Made by a program: the position numbers and the translations under genes. A stretch of 64,000 nucleotides of DNA, from assembly GCF_033153115.1 (NCBI RefSeq), contig NW_026889753.1, positions 9,548,001 through 9,612,000 on the forward strand, given 5' to 3'. Below, piece by piece: positions 30,201 to 42,045 of the stretch. The stretch is from Saccostrea echinata. Lineage: Eukaryota. The notes beneath the pieces are model-generated. The model saw nothing but the letters and a program-made list of their open reading frames with translations, was not told where the DNA came from and searched no databases. Within the stretch, counting starts at the first letter, position 1. Each line of letters begins with the position of its first letter.

Positions 30201-32910
30201 CAATTACATATCCCTTTTTACCTCTATCTTTACTATGACTACTATAATATTAATCTATCTTCCTATTTTAAACTAACATGATGTTTCTCTTTCTTTCTCT
30301 CCATCTGTCTTAATCAGAAATTCCAGTGAAATCTTATTTGGCATCAGTAATCTTATATCTATAGAGGATGAATATCAGAACTCAAGGTAAAAAGTACACA
30401 AAATCAGATTTCCCTTCTTTCTATATTTGCTGATTTCTCCTTCTTCTATGAATTAATTGCTTACACAATTTGAAAATTTAAACTACAGCAAGAAAAAAGA
30501 GACTGTATAATTTATCTATATTCTAACTTCCATTACTGCTTATACATGTACCTATAAATTGTTAGTTGTGCATAAAGCATAAATTGAAATATTGCTTGCA
30601 TGAATTTTGTGGAATCTGTTGAACCTGTATGTATACAATGTATTTCTCTGGTTAGCTAGAATACAACTAATTTTTGTTGTTGTTGATTACAGATGTTGTA
30701 GTGGTGTGGTGATGGACAACACCCAGGCCAGGCGTGACAATATGGAGGACAATGCTGAGCATGAATTGAAGGATTTACAGAGACTCAGGGTAGGTTTTGT
30801 ATCAAACTCGGGGTATGTCCTCCACTGTATCAGTTTCAGACTCAGGATAGATCCTGTATCAGACTAGGGGGTAGGTCCTCCACTGTATTTACAGAGACTC
30901 AGGGTAAGTTCTGTATCAGACTCAGACTCAGGGTAGGTCCTGTATCAGACTCACTCAGGGTAGGTCCTGTATCAGACTCAGACTCAGGGTAGGTCCTGTA
31001 TCAGACTCACTCAGGGTAGGTCCTGTATCAGACTCAGACTCAGGGTAGGTCCTGTATTAGACTCAAGAGTAGGTCCCCAATTGTATCAGTCTCAGACTCA
31101 GGGTAGGTCCTGTATCAGACTCAGGGTATGTCCTCTATGAAACTCTGGGTAGGTCCTTTATCAGACTCTGGGTAGGACCAATCTCAGACTCAGGGTAGGT
31201 CCTGTATCAGACACTAGGTAGGTCCTGTATCAGACTCAGAGTAGGTCCTGCATCAGACTCAGGATAGGTCCTGTATCAGACTCAGAGTAGGTCCTGTATC
31301 AGACTCAGAATAGGTCCTGTATCAGACTCAGGGTAGGTCCTGTATCAGACTCAGAGTAGTTCTGTATCAGACTCAGGGTAGGTCCTGTATCAGACTCAGG
31401 GTAGTTCTGTATCAGACTCTGGGTAGGTCCTGTATCAGACTCTGGATAGGTCCTGTATCAGACTCAGGGTAGGTCCTGTATCAGACTCAGGGTAGTTCTG
31501 TATCAGACTCTGGGTAGGTCCTGTATCAGACTCAGGGTAGGTCCTGTATCAGACTCAAGGTAGGTCCTCAACTGTATATACATAGACTTAGGGTAGGTCC
31601 TCATTTGTGTTTACAGAGACTCAGGATAGGTTTACAGATGTCGGGTAGGTCATAAACTGTGTTTACAGACAGGATAGATCCTCCATTGTGTTAACAGAGA
31701 CTCAGGGTTGGTCCTCAACTGTGTTTACAGAGACTCAGGGTAATCCTCAACTGTGTTTACAGAGACTCTTTGAATTTACAGTCTCAGACCCATTAGGACA
31801 TAATCTGTATTTATAGACACTCAGGATAAGACCTAAATTATATTTACAGACTTTTATTGTATATCATAATCTGAAGAATCCACAGATTTCAGTTTGATTC
31901 TAGAATTTTTATGTGATATTCTTATCTGGAACAACATTACTCTATACATTTGTCCATTTAAAAAAATAAATCTTACAGAGGGAGCATGTCAGTGATCAAG
32001 ATTTTGTTGAACTTCATCAAAATAAGTTTTAAAAAAATTCGGTAAAAGTATATCACATAAGAATTCTAAAATATGTAACATGATGACAATGCTTTGGAGA
32101 CAAACATTTTTAATACATATGTAAGCATTTGATTTTGACTTTGACCATTGTGTAATGACCTATGACCTTTACAGATGGAGTGCATGGATTGGATCCACAC
32201 AGCTAAGTTGTTAACCAGCCACCTGTTGGAGGAGCCTGTTGAGTCCTTGTTTCCCTCTGCTACCTCCGGGGAGGAGCCCTCTAAGAAGTCTGCCCCAGAG
32301 AAAGCCGCTGTGGCTTTCCATGACAAAGAGAAACTAAAGCCCTCAGTGCCAGAGGCAGAGGCTGTAAGAACTTTAAGAATGAAAACTTAATTTTGTGTGG
32401 ATTTTTTTTCCTGAATCTTCAATGATTGGTTGATAAGAATTAGACTATGACCATATATAACCACTTTCTGAACATTTATCAAAGAACCACCCTTAGTATT
32501 ATCAACTTATTTAAATAAGTTATGTATTAAACAGTATTTTTGTAACATAAATACTAGATAGTACTGTTTTAGGATATATTCATTTGATGTTTTTATTTCA
32601 GAAAACAGAGGCTCCATCCACACAGCCAGCTGAAGCTGATAAAAAGGAAAATCCAAAGGATGGGGTTCCACCAGAAAGAGAAACAGGGGAGGGGGAGGAA
32701 CAGAAAAAACCAGCCCCAGTGCCACCCAAGGTTAGTACCAAAGTCAAGGTCAAATCATCAGTGTTTTGGATGTATCGTATCTTTCTTCATTTTAATTTTG
32801 AAAATGGTTTTATCACAGCAAGAAAAAGAGTCCAGTAAAGAGAAACTGGAAGTGATTGGCTATGATGAGAATACACACACAAAAACTCTAAAGACATCAG
32901 ACTCTAAGGT

Positions 32911-32963
<53 letters not shown>

Positions 32964-33815
32964 ATTTCCCATTGTAATTACTTACTTTTGAAAATAAAAT
33001 AATATATGCTCCTTTCTGACAGCCATCAGCTCCTGCCACATTTATACCTGATGCTCCCAACACACAGAAATCTTACGAGGCTTTGGAGGCTGTAGAGAGT
33101 CTACAAGGACAGCTCATGTAAGTACCCAGCAGCTTAATTAAAATTCTGTATGAAGGACAGGGCCACATGGAATATAAATGGATACAAGTACTGCCCATAC
33201 TTCATGGCAGGTAATTGAATTATGTAAAAAATGAAGCATTTTCATGGTGTTCAATTTGAAAATGTGTGAAAATTAATCTGGATACCCATATTAAATTTTA
33301 TTTTTAAAAGGATTTTAAGAAAATATAAATTACCATTTTCTCTGAGACTGTAGGCAATCTGGATATAATGAACATAATTAGTATTTGACCAATCTAGAGT
33401 TAAAAAGCATCATTACAGGTGTTCATTCTTGACAAACCTGTAGGCTCCTTTTATTTACTAGATCTTTATCTTAAAGTGATTTCACAGTAATGTTTTCTCT
33501 CCTTGACTCTTTAGGGCCACTGAGCAGAGAGCTCAAGCCGCAGAAGACCGAGCTGCTGAGGCCGAGTCAGATCTGGCCGACGCCAACGAGCGAATCAGGG
33601 AACTAGAAAAACGATTGGCCAAGTTAGAAAAGCAGGAGGAGGAATCTACAGTAGGTGACAAGACCCCCACCAAGGCATCAGCCACACCCACAACCCCTAG
33701 GGAAGAACCTGCTGCAAAGGAGAAATCTCCAGAAAAGAAGGAAGAAAAGAAGAGACCTGAGTCACAGGCATCTAAAGCTAGCTCCAAATCTAGTAAATCC
33801 AAGAAAGGGAAATAA
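18284..33815 (+). CDS. AXDND1: Axonemal dynein light chain domain-containing protein 1, about 1069 aa (25 core coding exons)
   Basis: Exons 18284-18380, 18495-18667, 18850-18950, 19052-19160, 19983-20068, 20838-20894, 21207-21315, 22079-22153, 22488-22582, 22675-22767, 22965-23031, 23135-23293, 23573-23841, 26372-26453, 26670-26852, 27261-27312, 28157-28373, 29421-29514, 29829-30019, 30693-30789, 32175-32363, 32602-32730, 32819-32908, 33023-33117, 33515-33815 (3210 nt, open). Motifs [52 protein letters not shown] and [13 protein letters not shown] match AXDND1 as I recall it. Confidence 0.9.
25388..25832 (+). mobile_element. Decayed Helentron/HINE-like element
   Basis: AGCTCA...TTTTCTGATCAAA start and GTGGCTCATGGGCCTCTT end, collinear with 12131-13328. 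Confidence 0.5.
26944..27130. mobile_element. Tc1/mariner-type MITE, TA TSD
   Basis: TA|CAGTGGAGCCTCATTAATCTGG ... CCTGGATTAACAAGGCTCAACTG|TA. Confidence 0.7.
30775..31770. repeat. Intronic minisatellite, core unit about 23 bp (CAGACTCAGGGTAGGTCCTGTAT), roughly 30 copies
   Basis: Tandem copies directly visible. Longer variants (TGTTTACAGAGACTCAGGG...) at both edges. Confidence 0.95.
32914..32960. repeat. (CT)n microsatellite
   Basis: Perfect CT run immediately after an AXDND1 donor site. Confidence 0.95.
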
Positions 33816-34461
33816 CTCTAAAATATTCAAACAGTAGCAAGAATTTATTTTTGTACTTAATGGCATTTATGTTAAATACTGTCTTTTATCCATGAGCAGG
33901 TTCTTGATATTTTTCTTTTTTTTATCAATTTCTTAATGTTCTAATACTGCTGTGAAGTATTTACTGCCAAACATTTGAGATATTTTGGTACACATTGAAT
34001 CTGCTGGTTTTGTGTATGAACACTGCTGGTCATTGCTAAAGATCTTTTATCGTACTGTTGTGATGTGATTCAGTGCCTATATATATACCTATTACTTACT
34101 TGTTCCACTTTGGATTTTTTTTATGTACTTGTGATCATAAAAAATAATATTTTTATGAGCTAGAGAATATGTAAAGAAGACTATAGTGATTGTAAATGCT
34201 AAAATATTTTGTAAGGAATTTTTTTTTCACTTTGTTTTAAGGCATTCACAAGAAATATTTACACTAAGAAGAAGTTTGTACTTTTTCATTTAATATCTGT
34301 GATATGTGAATAATATGTTGTTGAGATGTGTCTACAGTTTATGAATTGAATAATGATAATTAAAAAAGTACGATACATACATGTATAATGTTTTATATAT
34401 CAACTTTCTTATGCTTTTCTAGGGCAGGGTGATTTTGTGATAGGGCAGTTACTTAATGGAT

Positions 34462-34563
34462 ATATGCCCAATACAGTTCTGTATGAAAAAATATCGGACA
34501 GTGTGAGGCCTGTTTGGGCCAAAAACTGTCTTATATTTTACATACAGAACTGTATTTGGCATA
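34462..34563. repeat. Short palindromic (hairpin) element
   Basis: ATGCCCAATACAGTTCTGTATG ... CATACAGAACTGTATTTGGCAT. Confidence 0.65.
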
Positions 34564-36020
34564 AATCGTACTTAAAAAAAAAAAAAAATTAACAAAAGAC
34601 AAAGTGTTAATGACCAATGAAGCAATTCTTTCAAGAATGCATGCTTCAATGAAAAATACTCGAGATTTTTTTCATCTACACAATTGTGGGAATTTGAAGT
34701 AATATAATTGTTTGAAATGGAGAGCAGGGCTGAACTATTCTTGAATGCATAGTGTATGTATAGAGCTTAAATCAGTGCACTGGATTATGATACAGAGAAT
34801 CTAGTGAATGATATTTTGGGGAATGGAAAGGAAAATGCAGATTGGAACTTTGATTTGAACTGAACAAACACAGAAAATAAAGCCGATGCTGAAGGTGTAG
34901 TAATTTTTTAATTACTGACATTGAGAATAACCTCACAGGCTATTAGCAGCAGTTTTAAAAGTGAAAGGGGGTTGCAACCTCTAAAAAAAAGTTTGACAAG
35001 CAAAAAAAAAAAATCCTTAACTGTGTGGGATTGGACCTTTTTCTCCTGGAATTTGCCTTACAGCAACAAAAAAAGGGGGATGGGAACCAGCTTCTAAATA
35101 AAGATTTACTGTGGAAAAAAAAATATATGAACCAGCTTCATAAAGGATTGCATGTATTTTGGATAATTTGTTTATAAAACCAGAAGTAGAACTATGATAA
35201 AAATGACAGATGACAGATTTACCACCATCCGGCATAAATATTCATTGATTTCAATCCAAAATAAGAGATCTTTTGAATGAAAACATCTCTTAAAATCTAA
35301 CAAATTTATTATAAGTTCAGGGAGCTCATGTTTGAATCGTTATTATTCTTCTATATTCACATAGATTGTTACAGTCTATATTTACCTAGATTGTTACAGT
35401 AGTAGGTTAGGAAAAATCTTGTATTTCTATTACATTACGGTATATTGTGAATTATTCTTCTGAAATAATAATTTTTATCAAACAAAGAAATTACAGAGCT
35501 GTCAAATTTCAATCTTATTCGTAAGATTTTTTGTGAAAAAGGCTACTGAAGCATACCAGTATCTGCCTTCGTCGGCCACGGGTTTTGTGTCCATTCTATT
35601 AAAACTTTAACTCCTACCCACATCACTGTGAATGTAATTTCCCCTGCCCCCTTTTATTGAAATGTAATTAATATGAGTACATTATATTGTGGGTCACCAA
35701 CTAGACATTTTTTCAACACACCTCCCTCCCATATTAGTTGTATCTTCTATTTTGTTGCATTTTACCCAGTGAACATTCAAAGTTCAGAAATAATGTGTAA
35801 AAAATATACAAGTTTTTAAATTTATTATTATTTCATTTATTTTTTTATTATTATTTATCAGGTGTAAGAAATAGTTATATCGCAGTATATTTACATCCAA
35901 TAAATAATTTCACCTCCATTTTTTAATAAAACCAGTAATACAAAATTTTACATACTTTCACCCACTTTAAATACAATTAAATAGTTTATACAGGTATAAA
36001 ATTTGTTAATGCGGGGATAA

Positions 36021-36520
36021 CAGTTGCAATCATTGCAGATTAAAAAAAATTTAATCCATCGAATTTTATTACATTCTGCGTTAACCTCGACGAAAATGTA
36101 ATAATCCAAAAAAGTATGTTTTTACATTTGCGTTATTACATTCTGCGTTGATCTCGACGCAGAATGTAATAACGCTCCCAAGCGTATATTCCTCTCTGCT
36201 AATGTGTAGGCTAGTTTGAAGTCACAGATGTAACCTGAGGCGCAAAGTGTGTGTAGGCAAGGAGCGTCTCCCCTCTCGATAGGAAGGGGAGGGGGGGGGG
36301 GGGGTCAGAGGGAGCATTTTTACGAATTCGAAGACATCTACGATTGTCGTTTGACCAGTGACACATTTTCAGTTTATATTTTGATACGAAGACCACTTAA
36401 CAAAAATCAAGAACTCTTTAATAACATGTATCCTTTTACTAAATGTAATAACGCAAAATGCAATATAATCTCAGTTTATTACATTTTTTTTGCGTCGTAC
36501 TACATTTTGCGTTGTAACTG
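36021..36520. mobile_element. Putative non-autonomous DNA transposon with repeated TTACATT(C/T)TGCG motifs
   Basis: Ends CAGTTGCAA / TTGTAACTG. Many internal TTATTACATTCTGCG / CGCAGAATGTAATAA motifs in both orientations. Confidence 0.5.
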
Positions 36521-37735
36521 TGGCAATTAATTTCCCAAAGTGAAACCAATGACTTTCCAATTTTAAAGAAAAAAGCTTGACGCTACCATCACATCTATCA
36601 TTTTAAACAGTTGTGGCTACTCTTTTCTCCAATATGAAGTCTCTGGAAGTCAATCTCAGGGTATTAAAACATCTAGTTAGTTAGAACTTCAGACTTTAAA
36701 TTGCTGCGAGAGGTATAAATGTAAAATTGTCACTGAGGTTGTTGACACCCAGAGCTCCCATAAAACCACAAAACAAGCGTTTTTAAACCAAGTAGATCAT
36801 TTATACAAGGTCTATTTGTACTACAGGCGTGTCAAATGTAGTCCATGTTAAGACAATGGTGTCTCACGTACAAGCCTTATACACATTAATACTGGTGTCC
36901 TGGATTTATTACTTACTGGTACTTTCTGTTGCCGCTTTTCTACCCGATGAACCCACATGTAATTGCAGAAGACTGTGATATAATAATATTAATAACCGGA
37001 AACTCGTACAATCGTGATTTTAATAACGTGTCCTTTTACATGTATTACTAAAATCATTAAGACATGCATGTGCATAATTATCAAATGTAGACGTATTAAA
37101 GATATGATGCATTTGTTAAAATTCAGGATACACTTAAACACAGGTCAGTTTACCAGTTAGATTTAATAAATGTATTTAAGTTTCATCAAGTTTCATATGG
37201 TGCGTACAGTCAACTCTTCAAATGTTGGCCTGTATGTAGGCCTATTCCCACGATCACGACCTGTTACACTTGTTAAAAGAATTTATTAATAGTCTAGAAA
37301 ACCTCAAAAGTAGAATTAACGTTTAGTCTGCTGGTGGGAGGCGATGTTAACATTGAATGTATTAGGTTTAAAGAGCCTGTCCTTTAAATGTTTTTAATAC
37401 TTAATCTTGGCTACCTACTGACATACCATTCAAACAGTAAAACTTTTCAAGTTTAACGCTCCGTGGTCAATACATAATACTTGTATTGAAAACCCTTAAA
37501 AGAAAAACAAAAAAAGGCCACTACACTATAACCTAACATCTTCACCTAGCTGGTCCTAGGAACAGCTGGAATATCATCTCGCTGATGGTGGTGCTAGGAG
37601 TGTTACAACATTCTGAAAAACGTAATAATCCGAAAACGAAAACTGAAAATTTTTTATTCTAAGACTTTTTTGATGGAAGTTCAGCCTAAAATTATTTTTA
37701 CTTCAGGTTAGGGGGAAAAGGAATATGTGAACATC

Positions 37736-38788
37736 ATGGATGAAGCACACAATCTTACTCTGCAATGGAATCAGGACTATACGGAGAAACTTCTGCCCAC
37801 AGTTGTATTTCAAGGTGTTGTCTGCTTTATTGGTCTGGTGGGAAACATATTAGTGCTTCTTGTGTACGCTTTTCGAATGAAAGGGAACCGTGATGATCGC
37901 TACTTCATACCCATCTTGGCTGTGTTCGACCTCATCGCAAGTGCTGTGGCATCGGTATTTTACGTTCTCGAGTCCATCTACTTTGTGGACTTTCCATCGT
38001 CCGGCCTTTGTAAAGGTATGTTGTACACCATGACAGCTACCTCGGGTTTGTCGGCTCTGCTACTTATCGGAATAGCTGTCCAGAGGTATTTGAAAATCTG
38101 CAAGCCTCACGGAAAACAAATGGACGAGAACAAGAGGAAGCTGTGCTTGGCCTGTATTGTAGTATTCTCCATCTTGTATTCATGTCCAGTTTTGTTGTTC
38201 TCTGGAAATAAAGAAGTGGAAGGGAACTTTAACGGCCATAACGTTACTGGATTAACCTGTTTCACAGGAGCAGGGAACTACCCTACTTATGAAGCAGTTT
38301 ACTATTATATCATCTTTCTTCTCATGGTGGCCAATATCCTGACTGTGGGCTTCCTCTACATCCCAATCGGAGTCGTCATTTATCGCCACAACAAACTCAG
38401 AGAGGCTCGACGTAGGAAAAGTATGGACATCACATCAACTCAATTCGATTCAATCTCTGACAATAAGCCAAGCCAGTGCAGCACCAAAGAAATTTCATCG
38501 AAACCGAGGACTTACAAAGAAAGCAAAATTAATTTCAATGTGATGTTCTTTACCATTATTGTGTTTTATCTCATTTCCTACACACCAACATGTATTTTTC
38601 TGATCATCAGCAAACTTTCTCCAGAAATGTGGTATAATATTTCTAACGCCGAAATGATTATCTTCTTCACGTTGCAGAGATTTTACGTCATCAATCACGT
38701 GGTTAACCCAATCATTTATGGTTATTTTGACATGAAATTCCGCTCTGACATTATCAATTTGTTTAAATGTTTACCCAGTAATTACTGA
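37736..38788 (+). CDS. Class A (rhodopsin-like) GPCR, peptide-receptor-like orphan, 350 aa, single coding exon
   Basis: Seven hydrophobic segments. TM1 GN, TM2 LAVFD, TM3 Cys and QRY, ECL2 Cys, TM6 FYLISYTP, TM7 NHVVNPIIYG, helix 8 FR. N-terminal NLT sequon. First ATG at 37736. Acceptor TTTTTACTTCAG| at 37706 implies an upstream UTR exon. Confidence 0.92.
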   Translation: MDEAHNLTLQWNQDYTEKLLPTVVFQGVVCFIGLVGNILVLLVYAFRMKGNRDDRYFIPILAVFDLIASAVASVFYVLESIYFVDFPSSGLCKGMLYTMTATSGLSALLLIGIAVQRYLKICKPHGKQMDENKRKLCLACIVVFSILYSCPVLLFSGNKEVEGNFNGHNVTGLTCFTGAGNYPTYEAVYYYIIFLLMVANILTVGFLYIPIGVVIYRHNKLREARRRKSMDITSTQFDSISDNKPSQCSTKEISSKPRTYKESKINFNVMFFTIIVFYLISYTPTCIFLIISKLSPEMWYNISNAEMIIFFTLQRFYVINHVVNPIIYGYFDMKFRSDIINLFKCLPSNY

Positions 38789-39659
38789 TCTGTTGTTTAC
38801 TGATCTAGCTAATGTTTACATATATATTTGTGATTTAATTAATTACATCTAGTTCATATTACTAATTTTATTATACAGATAAAGCCTTGTGATGAGCTCA
38901 ATCCCTATAGATATATCGGCCTAAGAGAAAGCATATTAACCGAGCACGAAGCGAAAGGTCGATATGCTTTTTCTAAGGTCGTTATAGCTAGGAATTGCAC
39001 CGAATTAAAAAGGTACGTTTGTTTTATAATTTATTGTATCAATTTATGGAAAAAGAATATATTCCTAAGATAACTAAGAGCTATTTTGAGTCGTTCCACA
39101 AGGCATTGTTACGTTATACCCATTATGACATCATTATGACATCATCATTTAAGTTTTCTTGCAACAATTTTCATTTTATGCAACTCAGTATGATTCAAGG
39201 TTCTGTAAAAATTTGACATTTGCACCCCATAAAAAGTACATTGAAAATAAATATATTTTAGAGAAATTGAATTTCGTTTAGTTTTACCTTAGATAGCATG
39301 ATGTGGAAGTGATGTGTAATGTATTGCAATGTTAGCACAGGGTTTTGGGGTTTGTTTTTTTTTACATTATGTACGTTTTTTTTTCAGTCATACCGGTATC
39401 TATTTAAGAGGTCGTGTATAAATTTTAAACAAATGAGACCATATTACGTGTTAGATATAAAGGATGAATCTACACTATTTTTCATGCCACAAAGACAACT
39501 GTACTAAATTTATGAATTCTGTAAAGGAAACACAATTCAAATTGCTCCTTCTTTCATCAAGATTTCAAAATAAAATCGTTTCTTTCCATTGTAATTATAA
39601 ATCAGCAGCACGGATTTAGCTAAGAAAGTATACGAATAAAATCTGTGAAGCCGTAAAAA

Positions 39660-40018
39660 GTGAAAACCCAAGATTTAAAGTTGGAAAAATGGAAAAGTCA
39701 ATTCTTAAGTTGAAAAAGCCAAGATTTAAAGATGAAACTACCACAATTAAAGTTGGAAAAACCGAGATTAACGTTAGAAAGCCAAGATTAAAGTTAAAAA
39801 AAAACAAGATTAAAGTTGGGAAAAAACAATATTATATTGGAATTACCAGCTTTAAACTTTGAAAAACCAAGATTAAAGTTGGTAAAACTGAGATAAAAGT
39901 TGGAATAGCCAACTTTATAGTTGGAAAAGTCAACTTAAAGCTTAAAAAGCCAACGAAAAGTTGGAGAAAAAAAACAAGATTTAATTTGAAAAGCCAAGAT
40001 TAAGTTGGAATTTCCAAT
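39660..40018. repeat. Degenerate minisatellite, unit about 21-22 bp (AAAACCAAGATTAAAGTTGG)
   Basis: Repeated CCAAGATT(T)AAAGTTGGAAAA variants. Confidence 0.8.
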
Positions 40019-40384
40019 TAGACGACACGTTCCTCAGACAGATATATGTTTTGTGTCTCTTAATCTTAAATCAAAAATCATTAATAATTTTCATTCTCTT
40101 GTGAGTTCAAAATTGTTTTCAATAAATTATGTTTTAAAAAATAACTACACCAGAAATTGTGACGTTGGCAATTCAAAAGATTATCCATAAGGATTATATA
40201 AGAAATATCACCCTCTGGTATCTTGCACAATTGCCTGGTAAGGTACCTCAATTTTTTTGTCAGGGGACTTGTTTAAGTAGCAATTCTTCAATTAATGACA
40301 AATTCTATGGGAATATTATATATTTTCGAAGAACGTGTCATCTGACCTTAAGTTCAGTGAATTCCTCAATATATGTCACATGCG

Positions 40385-40540
40385 CACAAGGGCGTTTGTG
40401 ACCGGTCGGCAGGGGATGCTCACTCCTCCATGGCACATGATCCCACTTCTAATGTTTTAAAGGTCCGTGTTTGCTCTGCTTCAAAATTTGTATTGTTAAA
40501 TGGACTTTTGAGCTTGAATGCTGTTCGTTATCTCCATACA
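40385..40540 (+). mobile_element. Penelope-like terminal-region fragment
   Basis: GTGACCGGTCGGCAGGGGATGCTCACTCCTCCATGGCACATGATCCCAC, homologous to about 8799-8850. Confidence 0.55.
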
Positions 40541-40606
40541 TTTCATCGTGGGTCAAGGACGCATCAAAATCTGAGCCCCTCATGATCCCCACTCCCACGT
40601 AGAATA

Positions 40607-40884
40607 CAGGCCCGTAGAACGCGGGGGGGGGGGGGGGCTCCCCCCACTTTTTCTAAGTATTATATTTTGCTATACTAAATTTTCCTTAATACCCCCCCCC
40701 CCCCGACTTTTTGATGCAGTAAGGTCGAACACTGGCAAATTCCAGGATTTGGACTTGGACAGTTATTTTTATTATTATTATTATTTTTATTTATTTATTT
40801 ATTATTATTTTTTTTTTTGCTTGTCAGATTTTTTTGGGGGGGGGGGGAAGCCCCTCCCCCTTTGAAACCATTGCTACGGGCCTG
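40607..40884. mobile_element. MITE (CAGGCCCGTAG..CTACGGGCCTG), copy 1
   Basis: TIR CAGGCCCGTAG / CTACGGGCCTG. Flanks GAATA / AAATA (5 bp, one mismatch). Poly-G/poly-C tracts. Confidence 0.8.
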
Positions 40885-41048
40885 AAATAAGTGAACCCCT
40901 ACGTGGATAATTGTAAAATACCATGAATGTCGTCCAAGTGAAAAAAAAAAGATTAAGTTCTTCATGCTGATCGGGTTAAATTATGGTAATGCGAATGGGA
41001 ATGCCCAGTTAAAATAAGTGATCAATGTCATTTTTGAAAAGTACAGTG

Positions 41049-41272
41049 CAGGCCCGTAGAACGCGGGGGGAAGGGGGGGGGGGGTCTGAGTATAGTATTT
41101 TGCCATAGTAAATTTTCCTTTAGATGCTGCTGGTTGCCCCCCCCCCCCCACTATTTGATGTCGTAAGGTCGAGCCATTCGAGGATTTGGACAGTAAATTA
41201 CCTTTTTTGTTGTTGCCAGATTTTTTTGGGGTAGTCCCCCCCCCCCCCCTGGAAACCGTTGCTACGGGCCTG
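41049..41272. mobile_element. MITE (CAGGCCCGTAG..CTACGGGCCTG), copy 2
   Basis: Same TIRs and internal sequence as 40607-40884. Perfect 5-bp TSD CAGTG. Confidence 0.82.
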
Positions 41273-41599
41273 CAGTGTATAATATGTTATTATTGATATA
41301 AAAGTAGAACAGAAAAAGAGATCATGTAGCTGGCTCTCCAAAAAGTTTAACAGATGGAGGTGCACTTGTCCTCACGAATCTGTTTAAGTAGTTGCCTACC
41401 CCCCCCCCCCCCCCAAATACATACTGTGTTCAAATTTGACTATAAATGAACCTTATAAATGTATGTAGATATTTTAGACCCCTCCCTTCTCAAATAAGAT
41501 AATGATAATTAGGAAAGAAAATTCTCACAAGACGATTTTCCCCCTCCAGCTCTCTTTACTTTTACAGGTTTTGGTTTTTTAAATTCTAAAATTTGTAGA

Positions 41600-42045
41600 G
41601 GTTTTGATTTAATCAGCTCTATACAACTTTTAAACCTGATAAATAATATCAGCTTTTTGCTTGTCTACACTGAGTGTATTTAAAGATTCCATTGATATTT
41701 TACAAGTAGAAAGAATTCTTTTTGTTAAGAAACTTGATCTTAAGTCATCAATATCAAAACACAAAATAAAAATCAGCTCATTATCTATAAGCACAGAGAA
41801 AAAAATCCGGAAAACTGTACATTATTAGAAATTTTCAAAGTCCAAGTCCTATAACTTTCGTAAAAATGGGTCAATCATCACGAAACCCGAACTTGATCTG
41901 TTTGTCATCAATATATCAAAACACAAACTAAAAATCAGATCCTTACCAAGTATCTATAAGCACAACCAAACGTGTCTGCAAAACTAATGGATGGAAAGGG
42001 GTAACACTGTATGTCCCAGCCATTTCATGGCGGGGGCATAAAAAC
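41600..42045 (-). mobile_element. Helentron/HINE-like remnant
   Basis: Terminal ATGTCCCAGCCATTTCATGGCGGGGGCATAAAAA and two diverged internal repeats (GAACTTGATCT...CATCAATATCAAAACACAAA..AAAAATCAG). Confidence 0.45.

Noticed and set aside
30775-31770. CRISPR-like array
   Set aside because: No unique spacers, no cas genes, and it lies in a eukaryotic intron. It is a minisatellite.
37727-37735. GTG start for the GPCR in the ORF track
   Set aside because: Eukaryotic gene; the first in-frame ATG at 37736 (ATCATGG) has a good context.
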